Below are positions 12,013-23,103 of a DNA stretch of 64,000 bases, piece by piece. Location: positions 36,084,001 to 36,148,000 of the forward strand of contig OX597827.1 of assembly GCA_951406725.2 (NCBI GenBank), given 5' to 3'. Each line of letters begins with the position of its first letter. The first letter of the stretch is position 1. The notes below the pieces were generated by a model, which saw only the letters and a program-made list of their open reading frames with translations, was not told the DNA's origin and made no database searches. A program made the translations under genes and the position numbers. Source of the DNA: Octopus vulgaris. Lineage: Eukaryota.

Positions 12013-13628
12013 CTGTGTCATCTTGTGAAAATCCAGGGTTGGCCTGTCATAGTCTCGGCGTCGTTTCACTCCAGCTTTACGGTCATGCAGGACACATGGC
12101 TGGGAGCGGCACCGCGGAATACGTTGACGGCGGGGGGAAGAAGGGTTTGACACAGACGTCTTGCATGCTGCTGGTACACTTGGCGTTGACCCACTGGCAG
12201 AGACTGTCTTTCCGAGCTGCTGCTGTTGCTGCTGCTGGGGTGGCATTAGACGTTGGGTGGGTATTATCTGTGTGGGAGGTGGATGAGGCGGTGGAAGGAC
12301 CTGTTGCTGTCGTGAGTGAGGGTAGTGGGTATGAGACGGATAATGGTGAGGATGATGAGGAGGGTGTGAGGGTGAAGAGAGGATGGATGAGGATGGTGAA
12401 AATGATGAAGGAGATGTAGAGTTACTGATGGAGCACTGGTCTTCAAGTGACAGGCTCCGGTGTTTCTGAAAGGACCAAAATGGTGTTTGTGGTGGCAGGC
12501 TGCAACTGGTTGTGGCCAGTTTCACTGGTGATGATGATGGGGACGATGAAGTAGCAGCAGCAACAGGAGTAGCAAAAGGAGAGGATGCATAAGCCTTGGG
12601 AAGAGGCATAGTGAGGAAGCAAGAAGAACCAGTGGCCTGGCTTGTTACTGTGGTGGGATGAGGTCGTGGTTGAAGGGGAAAAGAAGAAGGGGAAGAGCAC
12701 GATGATGGTGAGGAAAAACCAGAGTTATTGTAACCATGTCCAGTCTGCATGTCCGATACTGGTTTAAAGGCCCTATTCTCGACATCGTCATCGTCACGAT
12801 AACCAACAATTGAAACAGAGGCAGGGCGGGGTACTGGAGACTCTGGTGGGGTGTGCAGTAATGTGACGGATTTGTTGAGTTGAGTGGAGCATGAAATGGG
12901 ATCCAAAACTGCAGTAAAAGTCTGTTGTGTTTTAGAGGAAATTGAAGATGGGTCTGCAGTTGTTGGCCAATGGACAGCACCCGAGAAAACAGCAGGATGG
13001 TTTGTGAGTGATGAAAATGAAGTGGATGATGAAATTCCTGAAACTTCCGACACTGATTCTCCTTCTGCTGATATAAAACTCTGTTGATATTGGCTCCAGC
13101 TGTCCTCAGTTACAGGGTTAAAGGCAACAGGTTTCAGCAGTGACCCTGAATTCCTTGGACTCAGTTCCAATGCTACAAAATAGTTGGAGCTGTTTATTGG
13201 TGCTGAGATGTATGGTTTCTGGCTGCCACTCTCTGATGGAATCGATAAGGAACGGCAGTGCTTCTTCTTTGGTGGGTATGGAGGAGTGCCAGGAGATGTG
13301 TCCTTGATGGTGTCATTATCACTACCCATATCGCCAGTAGTTAATGGAATGTCTGTGCTGTTACTCACAGAACAATCGCTAGATAAGCTACTTCCATAAC
13401 CACGAGTCCGAAGGCCATCAGATATATGGGATGAGCTAGCAGAATGAGAAAGGATAGGTGCAGACAGACAGGAGCTCTGTCTTGTGCAGGCACCACTTGG
13501 AGGCAAAGTTTGGTAAACTTTCTTCTTCTCTAGATTATCACCTAATTTCAGAGACAGCATACTTTGCAGAGTTGCATTAAGGCCAGTGCATTCTGAATGA
13601 CAGGTCTTGAGTTTCCAGGGATCTGGTT
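12013..13628 (-). CDS. FAM53: FAM53-family protein, coding exon 3 (core FAM53 motifs)
   Basis: Acceptor TTTTCAG|AA (phase 1, G+AA=Glu) and donor CAG|GTCAGT. Encodes PPYPPKKKHCRSLS, TPPESPVPRPAS, HRSLSLE and PRCRSQPCVLHDRKAGVKRRRDYDRPTLDFHKMTQ, which match the conserved FAM53 blocks (KRHCRSLS; RSQPCVL..K.G.KRRR..RP.LDF.KM). Confidence 0.93.
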
Positions 13629-14510
13629 CTGAAAACAAATTAAAAAAAAAAAAAAAAAAAGTATTATTACTAGCAGTAAATGATTGCTTCATACTAAGAA
13701 TAAAGCCGATTTTTATAGAAGACTCAGTGAAATTGACTTTAAAAACATGAGTGCTTATTTTATCTAACCATCTCTCAAGAGATAAAAGGCAAAGTGAAGA
13801 GTAGCAAGATTTGAGCTCAAAATCTAGATCATTGAAACTAAACATTATAAATCAGTCAACATGGTGTCCTATCATTTCTGCCAAATTACCTCCCACATTA
13901 CCAAGAAGTCATTATCATTGTTCTAATGTCCACTTTTCCATGCTTGTATGGATCAGGCAAAGTTTATTGAGGTAGATTTTATACAGCAAGAAGTCCTTCC
14001 TCTTTCCAAGCAAGGTAATATTTCTCCATGACCAGACCTGTTTTCACTGAATATTGGAAATAAATGATACTGCTTGTATGATAGTGATATTCACTTATAA
14101 CAACACAAAATGTCAAGACAAGGAGACACAAAAATACATACACACACACACAGGGTTTCTTTCAGTTTCCATATACCAAATCCACTCACAAGGCTTTGGT
14201 TGACCCAGGGCTGTAGTAGAAGAAACTTGTTCAAGGTGCCACATGGTGGGACTGATATCTAAACCATGTGTTTGGGAAGTAAGCATTTTAACTTTACAGC
14301 CATACCTGTGCCTAGCAGTTGTAGAAATTTTTTTTTATTTGCCAACAGGTCTACAACAATGGGTAGAACAATAGGTCCTCACCTAGGAGAACACCCTAGA
14401 TGATTATGGTTAACACCCAAGTCAGGTATTTCTCAAATCTCACCCTACCATCTTAAAACAAGGAAATGCACATAGGCCACATATACCAGAAAACAAATAC
14501 TGTATATAGA

Positions 14511-14679
14511 GGTGCAGGAGTGGCTGTGTGGTTAAGAAGCTCATTTTGCAACAATGTGGTTTCAGGTTCAGTCTTGCTACAGGGTACCTTGGGAAATGTC
14601 TTCTACAATAACCTCAGGCCAACCAACACCTTATGAGTGAATTTGATAAATGAAAACTGTGTAGAAGACCATTCTGTGC

Positions 14680-14720
<41 letters not shown>

Positions 14721-15055
14721 AGAGTAAACACATAAATGTGAAACAAGGTGGAAAAAAAGGGTACTCAAATACCAGAGGTAGAGTAATATGCTTTATTTAA
14801 AAGTAACAGAAATTTAACAAAAGCTGTTACTCGGAGTTTCATGTTCCCGTTCGTTGGACAGTTTTGTTAAAAACTGTCCAACAAACTGCTGCTTTGAAAT
14901 AAAGTATATATATATACATATACATACATGTGTGTGTGTGTGTGTGTGAGAGTGTGTTTTTTTTCCTGGGGTCAATTTGTTTGACTTAACTCTTCAAGGT
15001 GGTGCACAAGCATGGCTACAGTCCAATGACTGAAATAAGTAAAAGATAAAAGATA
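14511..15055 (+). mobile_element. SINE family B copy with a hammerhead-bearing insert in its internal (TA)n
   Basis: Family B head at 14511-14680, unrelated insert at 14720-14905, family B tail at 14965-15055. Confidence 0.75.
14824..14861 (-). ncRNA. Degenerate minimal type I hammerhead ribozyme motif
   Basis: CTGT-CCAACGA-ACG GGAA CAT-GAAA-CTCCGAG-TA-ACAG. Stem I is CTGT/ACAG and stem III is near-palindromic. The core differs from CUGANGA at two positions. Confidence 0.55.
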
Positions 15056-15110
15056 TCTCAAATAGATAACCTCCTTCCTTTTTGTTTAAAGTTAAGAGAT
15101 CTTGTCTTAC

Positions 15111-15189
15111 CTGTATTAGTGACAGAGGTTGAAGGTTTTGATGGTGAAGAGAAACTCTTTCCCATATCTGCTGAAGACAACATGGAGGA
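15111..15189 (-). CDS. FAM53: FAM53-family protein, coding exon 2 (SSMLSSADMGKSFSSPSKPSTSVTNT)
   Basis: Polypyrimidine tract plus TTTCAG acceptor (AG at 15191-15190) and donor CAG|GTAAGA. The 79-nt exon is open in phase 0 and ends in phase 1, exactly bridging exon 1 (phase 0) and exon 3 (phase 1). Confidence 0.85.
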
Positions 15190-15631
15190 CTGAAATAAAA
15201 AAGAAAAAAGGAAAAATATAATGGGAAAGACAGAAAATTAAAATTGTCTACAGGTGTGGCTGTGTGGTGAGAAGCTTGCTTCCCAATCACATGGTTCTGG
15301 GTTCAATCCCAATACGTGGCACCTTGGGCAAGTGTGTTCTACTATAGCCTTGGGCTGACCAAAGCCTTGTAGTGTGGATTTAGTAGACAGAAACTGAAAG
15401 AAGCCTGTCATATATACATATATATGGCCCCAGCACGGTTGCAGCCTAATGACTGAAACATGTAAAAGATAAAAGTTATATATATATATATATATCTGTG
15501 TGTGTGTGTCTATGCATGTCTCCCACCATCGCTTGACAGCTAGTGTTGGTGTATTTATGACCTTGTAACTTGGTGGTTTGGCAAAAGAGACTGGCAGAAT
15601 AAGTACCAGGCTTTAATAAAATAGGTACTGG

Positions 15632-15990
15632 GTAGTGGTTAAGAGCACGGGCTACTAAACCCCAAGATTCTGAGTTTGATTCCAAGCAGTGACAAGAACA
15701 ATAATAATAATAATAATAATAATAATGCCTGGTGTACCCTTATCAGACGGGTAGTCATGATGGGTATATTGGGCTTCGTATATTTTACCCCAGTGTCACT
15801 TTGATGGCATGAACTGCTCTCTCACTCAATAATAATAATAATAATAACATCAAAAAATACCTTAGGAATGAGAACCCAGGTTCAAAATTTCCCCAAGACA
15901 CCTGATGAAGGCTGGAGGGTATATCAGCCGAAATGTTGTGTCCACAACAAACAAGATGAGGACAAATATCCGTCAGATGTAAATAATGTA
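15632..15990 (+). mobile_element. tRNA-headed SINE-like element carrying a hammerhead motif (with a nested ~100-bp insert at 15727-15827 in its (AAT)n)
   Basis: Head GTAGTGGTTAAGAGCACGGGCTACTAAACCCCAAGATTCTGAGTTTGATTCC (partial A box, anticodon-like arm, B box), then (AAT)n, a unique body with the hammerhead, and a TGTAAATAATGTA end. Confidence 0.6.
15897..15942 (+). ncRNA. Minimal type I hammerhead ribozyme motif
   Basis: GACAC-CTGATGA-A-GGCTG(GAGGGTATAT)CAGCC-GAAA-T-GTT-GTGTC: perfect 5-bp stem I (GACAC/GTGTC), 5-bp stem II, intact core and a GUU triplet. Stem III is minimal (ATGT, probably decayed from palindromic ACGT). Confidence 0.78.
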
Positions 15991-16537
15991 TTTCCATTTT
16001 GTTGAAATATTGTGGTCGCTTAACTGTGCTATTAGACAGACAATTATCCATCTACAGATCAATTCTACACCAAAATGACACAAAATAGCATTAGCAGTGG
16101 GATATGTGATCAATAAAGTGATTGATTGATTGGCACAATTGTTTGAGTGCATTAAGATATTTTCCTGGTCCTCTGTACTGTGATTTCAAATCCAATGGAG
16201 ATCAACTTATCCTTTCATCCTTCTGAACCCACAAGCACACAGTAAACTAAATGCTGGTGAAGCCATCTCTCCTTCTACCCGTCACTGGGTAGATGTTCCA
16301 CTGGGTCCAAGGTGAGAGAGCTGAGTGGATATCTAAGTTTGTTTGTAACTACATAGGCACCTAAAACAGCTAATGAGAACATAGCATATGCTACCATGTC
16401 ATCCTCAATTCTGAGTGATGGCCATGGTAAGAATATGATCCAACAACCTACAAGATAGAATGTAGATTCAATTTAATATAGTTGCTACTATGTAAACTCT
16501 GCTCATAAATGAAAATCAAAGATGAAATATGCCTTAC

Positions 16538-17587
16538 CTCTTGATGTTCCCTCTGAGATCTTTGTTGTGGGCTGCCACTATCCAGCACCATTTGATTCCA
16601 TAATTTATCAGTGATGTAAGCTACAGTATGCCCAGTATTACCACAAGAGTCAGACAACCCATGGCTACTAACCTCAACACCATTGCCATCACCACTACCA
16701 CAAGTACTACTATTAATACTACTCATGCTATTATTAGAAGTACAGCTAGACAGCATTCCACTGCAACTGGAATCTTCAGCCACAGGAACTGAGGAAGTAG
16801 ATGTAGGGCTTGGCTGGAAATGGTAGGGCTGTGAAAGAAAAGATAGGTTCTTTTTGTGGGCAGCAAGCTTCTGTTGGGGCAGCTGTTGCCTGTGGTGGGG
16901 TTGAAGTTGTAGACCATAACTGTTGCCACTCTGGTGGTGATTTGGACTAGAGTGCTTACGATGCACTTGCTGTTGCTGCTGTGAAGAAGAGGAGGAGGAA
17001 GAGGAGAAAATCAACAATGACGAGGATGTTGGTGACACAGACTTTGCAGTCAGCAAGGGTAGTAACTGTGACACTGAGGAAGGACAGCTAACCTTCAGGT
17101 TACTATATAACTGATGGGATGCAGGGTTAGATGATACAGCTGAACAAGCATTGTCAACAGCTGAAGAGGATACTTCAGATGATGTCACTCTGTCTAATTG
17201 AGCTGGGCACCGGGATGAAGACAACTGATCACATATCTGGACCTCTTGCTGTTTACTACAATGCAAAGGGGACTGGAAAGTGCCATGCTCTGAAACATCA
17301 CCTTGTTGCAGTGGCAGCTGTCTTAACAGTGGATTCTGCAGCCGAGACTCATCCAAATCCTTCTGCAAACTTTGCTGCACATGCTGGTAGGGGAAGTTGA
17401 GTGCTTTGGAGGGTGCTGTCTCCCGTCCAATGCTCTGAGCACACCCAATCATAGCCACTGCTGTTGATGAACTGGCAGCTACTGAAGTGACTGGGGTCAG
17501 ACGCTCCTGCGACTGATAACCACCCCGTCCAACAGTTCGGCTTGATGGATACAATGATTGCAGCTGACGACCACTAACATCAATCAT
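16538..17587 (-). CDS. FAM53: FAM53-family protein, coding exon 1 (350 aa; low-complexity S/Q-rich N-terminal extension, then TVAYITDKLWNQMVLD)
   Basis: First in-frame ATG is at 17587 (MIDVSG...), with an in-frame TAA upstream at 17668-17666. Donor GAG|GTAAGG at 16538/16537, phase 0. VAYITDKL resembles the FAM53A/C N-terminal motif (MVTLITEKL). The start codon is uncertain: a GTG at 17650 is in frame. Confidence 0.8.
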
Positions 17588-17790
17588 TCTGTCCTTTGCT
17601 TCCCCCGCTGCTGCGTCAGTGGTTGTAGTTGTGGGAACAACCGCAGCCACAGTGATAGTTGTTAGTTAGTGCCACAGTGGATTAGGTGACAGACACTCAT
17701 GGGGTTCTCCTCTAAATCAACAAACAACAGCCAATCAGGAATCCGACTTCATACCTTAAACAATGTCAGCAGCAGATAGCGAAAGCTGAG
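17588..17790 (-). other. FAM53: 5'UTR portion of the first coding exon, with two uORFs
   Basis: Acceptor TTTGTTTTCAG|CTCAG at 17791/17790. uORFs MKSDS* (17752-17735) and MSVCHLIHCGTN* (17700-17662). Confidence 0.65.
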
Positions 17791-19683
17791 CTGAAAACAA
17801 AGAAAATAATTGTAAGATTAGCAAACAGAAAATCAAAAGAATCTGATGAAAAAATTCAGACACTTAGCATGGATTTTTACATCAATGAATTATGGGTTTA
17901 AATTCACTTGGAATGTTCTGTGAGTACAACTAACTTAAAATGTAAAATGTAAAAAAAAACAAAACAAAAACAAAAGTGTCAACTTCATGTTGCAGATCAC
18001 AATAAACATGGATAAAACTTATAGTATTTTATGGCATAAAAGATGCATGGACATATTAAGATGCACCCAAATTTCAACAGTGCATATTCAACTTGCATAT
18101 AGAACCCAGGGTGATTTTCTGAGACATTTTTTCTTGGTAAAAATTACATCTTAAATCCCATCAAATATAGTAATTTGAAATTGAGAAATTGTATTATCAG
18201 TTTTGTTCAGCATAAGTTTAAAACTACAACACACACGTTAATTTCCAACACTATATTTAATTAACTAGGTAATGGGAACAAAGTTACCATATTTGACAGC
18301 ATGAAAGATACACATGCATATCAGATGCACCCCAATTTCAGCAGCATGCATTCAGGAAAAACAGTTTTTAGTGCATTAACTTTGAATACGGGACCTGGAG
18401 TGACTTTCTTTTAGAGATAATTAAAAACAAAAAACAAAAACAAAAAGAAAACCTGTTATATGCCATTAAATATGGTAAATAAAGGGAATGTTTCACATTA
18501 TCAATTGTCTCTGGGTCTCTACAAATATTTCTAAAGAATCTATTTGCAAAAGTTGCAGAAGCAAAGAAAGGCAAATATTCCATTAATGTAATTATGAAGA
18601 TGGAACCGCATAAAATTTTTAAAAGGACTGCCTTTGGAAAGAGTAGAAATGCCTTGATCAAGTTTGTATGGGATTTGACCACATCAAAGTGCTGTGGAAC
18701 TGTCCAAAGTATAAGTCCCATCATTGGATTCCCTTTGATGTTTTGGGGATTTAAAAAATAATGGAAAACATGCACAAAACTGCATAAAAATAAACTTAAA
18801 GTATTGATATAGACAAATAATAATAATAATATAACAAAACATTTGAGCGAGGTTGTTGCCAGTGCCGCTGAACTGGACTGACTGAATAATAATCCTTTCT
18901 ACTTTAGGCACAAGGCCTGAAATTTTTGGGGAAGGGACTAAGTCGATTACACTGACCTCACTGGTACTTAATTTATTGACCCCGAAAAGATGAAAGATAA
19001 AGTTGACCGTGGCAGAATTTGAACTCAGAATGTAAGGATAGATGAAATGCAGCTAAGCACTGCATGCTAACAATTCCACCAGCTTGCTGTTTTAAAAAAT
19101 GGTTTAAAATTTTGACAGAAGGCCAGTAATTCCAGAGTTCAACTGGAACTTATTTTATTGACCTTGAAAAGATGAAAGGCAAAGTAGACCTTAGAATACA
19201 AAGATGGATGAAATGCTGTTAAGCATTTTGCCAGGTGTGCCACTTTCTTGCCACCTTTAATAATAATCATGTTTTGTGTTAGCAATTCAGCATATATAAT
19301 ACATCCACCTCCATTTCTTTTAAGTAGCATTCAGATTACTCAGTTAAATGCAATGCTTATTTATTTACATTGTTTTGAATTGACCATGTATTATCATGTA
19401 GCTTCAAGATCTTGATGATGTGACAATTTCTTTTTAGAATGACATTGTAAGGTTAGTGTGAGAGGTTGATCAGACCAGGTTTAGTATAAAATAAGTAGAA
19501 TATTTGGGCTGGATATAACCAGTTTAAATGCAAATGGGTTGATTGCAGGTTTGTACTGGATGAGTAAATCTATTATCAAAATGTTTCAAATCAGAATTAT
19601 GCCATCTTTGTTTCTAGACATACTGTAACTAAAATTATATTATGCAATATGATGTTCACCTTTTTTTTTTCAAAACGATAAAG

Positions 19684-19921
19684 CAGTGATAGTGAATCTA
19701 TGACATGTGTCAGCAGTGACATGCCAACCATGAGTTTTTACGTGACACACAATAGACTTTGAAAAGCAAACAATCTCCTTTCACTATTACATTATAAAAA
19801 TCTTATTTATAGGTTCTTCCAGAAAACATAAATATATGTAGTAAATAAATGATACACCAATAACAAGATTGCTAAAGAAATAAAATTTTGACATGCTCAG
19901 TTGAAAATGTTTCCCCATTAG
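19684..19921. mobile_element. Degenerate hAT-like MITE
   Basis: Begins CAGTGATAGTGAATCTATGACA and ends ...ATGTTTCCCCATTAG, a decayed hAT-type TIR pair. No clear TSD. Confidence 0.4.
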
Positions 19922-20620
19922 GCACAGGCATCTATGTGATTAAGAAGCTTGCTTTGAAAGCACATGGTTCTGAGTTCAGTTCCATTGTGCAGCACCTTGA
20001 GCAGGTGTCTGCTATAGCCTCAGATCAACCAGTGTCTTGTGAGTGAATTTGGTAGACAGAAACCGTATGGAAGCCCATCACACACACACACACACACACA
20101 CGAAAATATATTTCTTTACTGCCCACAAGGGGCTAAACATAGAGGGGACAAACAAGGGCAGACAAACGGATTAAGTCGATTACATCGACTCCAGTGCGAA
20201 ACCGGTACTTTATTTATCGACCCCGAAAGGATGAATGGCAAAGTCAACCTCGGCGGAATTTGAACTTAGAACATAACGGCAGACAAAATACGGCTATGCA
20301 TTTCGCCTGGCATGCTAACGTTTCTGCCAGCTCGCCACCTTCACACACACACATAAATAAATATATGTATGTGTGTGTGTGTGTGTGTCCCCTATCACTG
20401 CTTGACGACTAATGTTAGCAGTTCAGTGATAGAGATCGACATAACTACAGGTCTCTTAAAAAAAATAATAAAAAACATAAAAATAAATAAATACAGGGAC
20501 AGATTTGTTTGACTAAAACCCTTCAAAGCAATGTTCCAGCATGGCTGCAGTGCAATGACTGAAACAGGTTAAAAAAAAAATAAATTAAAAAAAAATAATA
20601 ATAAAAAAAGATAAAAGATA
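19921..20620 (+). mobile_element. SINE family B copy with a nested SINE A variant
   Basis: Family B head at 19921-20080 and tail at 20380-20620, interrupted in the (CA)n by 20105-20341. Confidence 0.75.
20105..20341 (-). mobile_element. Young SINE family A variant with an alternative 3' tail
   Basis: Family A head and core with many CpGs retained (TCGACCCCGAAAGG, CGGCGGAATT). The tail differs from other copies. Flanked by (CA)n on both sides. Confidence 0.8.
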
Positions 20621-22145
20621 ACTATGATAATGAGTAACTGAAGTGGAGATTTACTTCCTTTTCTTTGTTTCTAGAGAGTTTTCTCTGAGTTTATTTTAAT
20701 CAATTATCCTTGCAAATTCACACATTTAAATCAAATTCAGTGAGAATAAAAGCTTAAAAACAAGTTTGCCACTTTTTATAAACTTTAACTACCATTCAAG
20801 CATGAAATAGGAACAAGGTAGAAGTTAAGCCCTCAGCCCACCTGCCAACCATGTATTGATTGAGGTAAACAATGCAAATGTGTCAAGCCCAATGGGACAA
20901 AGGCTTGAACTCATACAAGTTGTGGTTGAATAAGTTAAGCAGCAGTTTAACCACACAGTAATGAAAAGATTAATGAATAGATAGATAAATTCAACTAAAT
21001 CAAATGGATTTGCCAACTATTAATACTGTATTACACAACCAGGTTAAAGCTAATTACCATAAATGAGACAGAATGTTCACAAACAATCAACACACCAACT
21101 ATTAGTATTATCATTGTGATCTATAGAGTAAGGTTTTCTTGTTTTTTCTTTCATGTAAGTCTTTGTTTAGAAGTGGGAAACTTGGTTGTGAGAGAAAGTA
21201 TTTCAACAAGGAAGTTTGTAAATATTTTATCTAAAGAGAGAGAGGCTGAGGGAAGGTGGGTAGAGTAAGAATAGATGGGGGTGGAATGAGAGAAGCAAAT
21301 TTGTAAGGGAGAGTAGCTTTCAAGTGGGTTTTTTGGGGTTTTTTTAAAGGAAAGGGTGAGAGACAAAGGTTAGCTTTCAATATTTTGTAAAGAGTGGGTG
21401 GTAGAGTGAAGGACTTTTTAGCATATGGCTGAGGGAGGCAAGGTGTAATTTAGATATTTTGTGAACACATGTAACACAGACACACATATGTATGAGTAAA
21501 TGAGTAAGACAAGCAAGAGAAAGGGAAGAAACATAGGAAAGAAAGAGAGGAGAAAGTGATAGGAGAAAAGAGGAGTGATACACAAATAAAGAGAGAGAGA
21601 GAGAAAGAGGGGAGAGAGAGAGAGATACATACCATAGTCCTTATAGGTTTGCTTGAAGAAACCTACAAACTGGATTGTCAGGACTACTACGACAGAGAAG
21701 TGAAGAGCAAAAATGAGAAAACACACATAGACACATACACACATGCATTAAATAAAGAAAATACAGACTAAAATACATCCTTCAAATATTAGCTACACAA
21801 TGCAAATAGCAGATGCACTTTACATGCATATAGTCTAACTACTTCTGTAGACAAGCTTACAAACAGAACATTTTATGAATATCAATTAAGTTTTATGTTT
21901 CCTCTTTATGCATGTATTATCATCACAGGGCAGAGATATTTGCTCAGGTGGTTTTGTCTCCTCTCCAAATTCATATGAAGTAAAGATCAGCACCTACTAC
22001 CTATCATTTAAGTTTTTACATGATTTTAAAATGTGATTTCTAAAAGTAAGACAAATCCACGAAGGAACTGAACTCTGAGCTATATAAAACCAAATGGCTG
22101 TCACAGTGAATGTTTCAAAAAACAAAAAAAAAGTTTAGTCTAGAC

Positions 22146-22452
22146 CAGGGCTGGCCAACCTGAGGCTTGCAGGCCACATGCAGCCTGCTTCACACGTTCT
22201 TGAAATATTGTGTTTAATTGCAAAATAAAATTTTTTGTGTAAAACATTTGTTTCAAAATAAATTTAAAATTTGTAAGTGGCAATAAAGCATTAGCCAACA
22301 ATTTCATAATTCTAAACAAACGAAAAATATGAAAAATACTTGATTCTGTAATTTGATTATTTGACTATTAGTGCATAAAGTATGCAAGCAGCCCTCAAAA
22401 AACTTTCTGTGATTAAAGTGGCCCACAATGTAATTTGAGTTGGCCAGGCCTG
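22146..22452. mobile_element. hAT (Charlie-type) MITE
   Basis: TIRs CAGGGCTGGCCAAC / GTTGGCCAGGCCTG with a perfect 8-bp TSD GTCTAGAC (22138-22145, 22453-22460). Confidence 0.9.
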
Positions 22453-22715
22453 GTCTAGACAATTGACATCCTTTACTGTAAAAGGGAAAGGAAAAGTGCG
22501 TATGTTACCCATTGATATACTTTAATGAGACTTAATTAATTGACCCCTATAAGACTTTAACACTAGTAGGTTTTAAACTCAGAAAAATAAGGCCTTGCAC
22601 TTGACAGTGTAAAGTAATTAGGCTAAGTAGTTGTTACTAAAGCAAAATACTCAATTAAACCAGACAAAATAAGAATGATTTCACTCTTTTGTCAAATATC
22701 TGAATTTTAAAATAT

Positions 22716-23103
22716 AGGTGTGGTTGTGTGGTAAGAAGCTTCCTTCCCAATCACATAGTTCCAGGTTCAGTTCCATTGCATGGTACCCTAGGCAAGTGTC
22801 TTCCACTATAGTCTTTGGCCAACCAAAGCCTTGTGAATGGATTTGGTAGATAGAAAGAAGCATGTCACATAATGTGTGTGTGTGTATGTCTTTTTGTCTG
22901 TGTTTGTCCCCCACCACTGCTTGACAGCTGGTGTTGGTGAGTTTATGTCACTGTAACTTAGCAGTATGGCAAATGGGACTGATAGAATAAGTACCAAGCT
23001 TTAAAAAAAAAAAACCAAAAAAACTGGGCCAATTTGCTCAACTAAAATGCTTTGAGGCAGTGCTCCAGCATGGCTGCAGTCTAATGTCTGAAACAAGTAA
23101 AGA
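22716..23103 (+). mobile_element. SINE family B copy
   Basis: Full head, internal (TG)n and tail. Confidence 0.85.

Noticed and set aside
11773-13399. Plus-strand and alternative-frame ORFs overlapping exon 3
   Set aside because: Shadows of a GC-richer coding exon and a (GA)n repeat, with no recognisable motifs.
13629-13845. N-terminal 72 aa of the 623-aa ORF (MFSFNDL...FFFFFF)
   Set aside because: Intronic read-through across the polypyrimidine tract and a SINE remnant; the real exon starts at the acceptor at 13628.
15632-15690. Possible tRNA gene (also the SINE A and B heads)
   Set aside because: No complete cloverleaf or acceptor stem; these are tRNA-derived SINE heads.
16448-16537. C-terminal tail of the 400-aa ORF (VRHISSL...)
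   Set aside because: Lies beyond the GAG|GTAAGG donor, so it is intronic.
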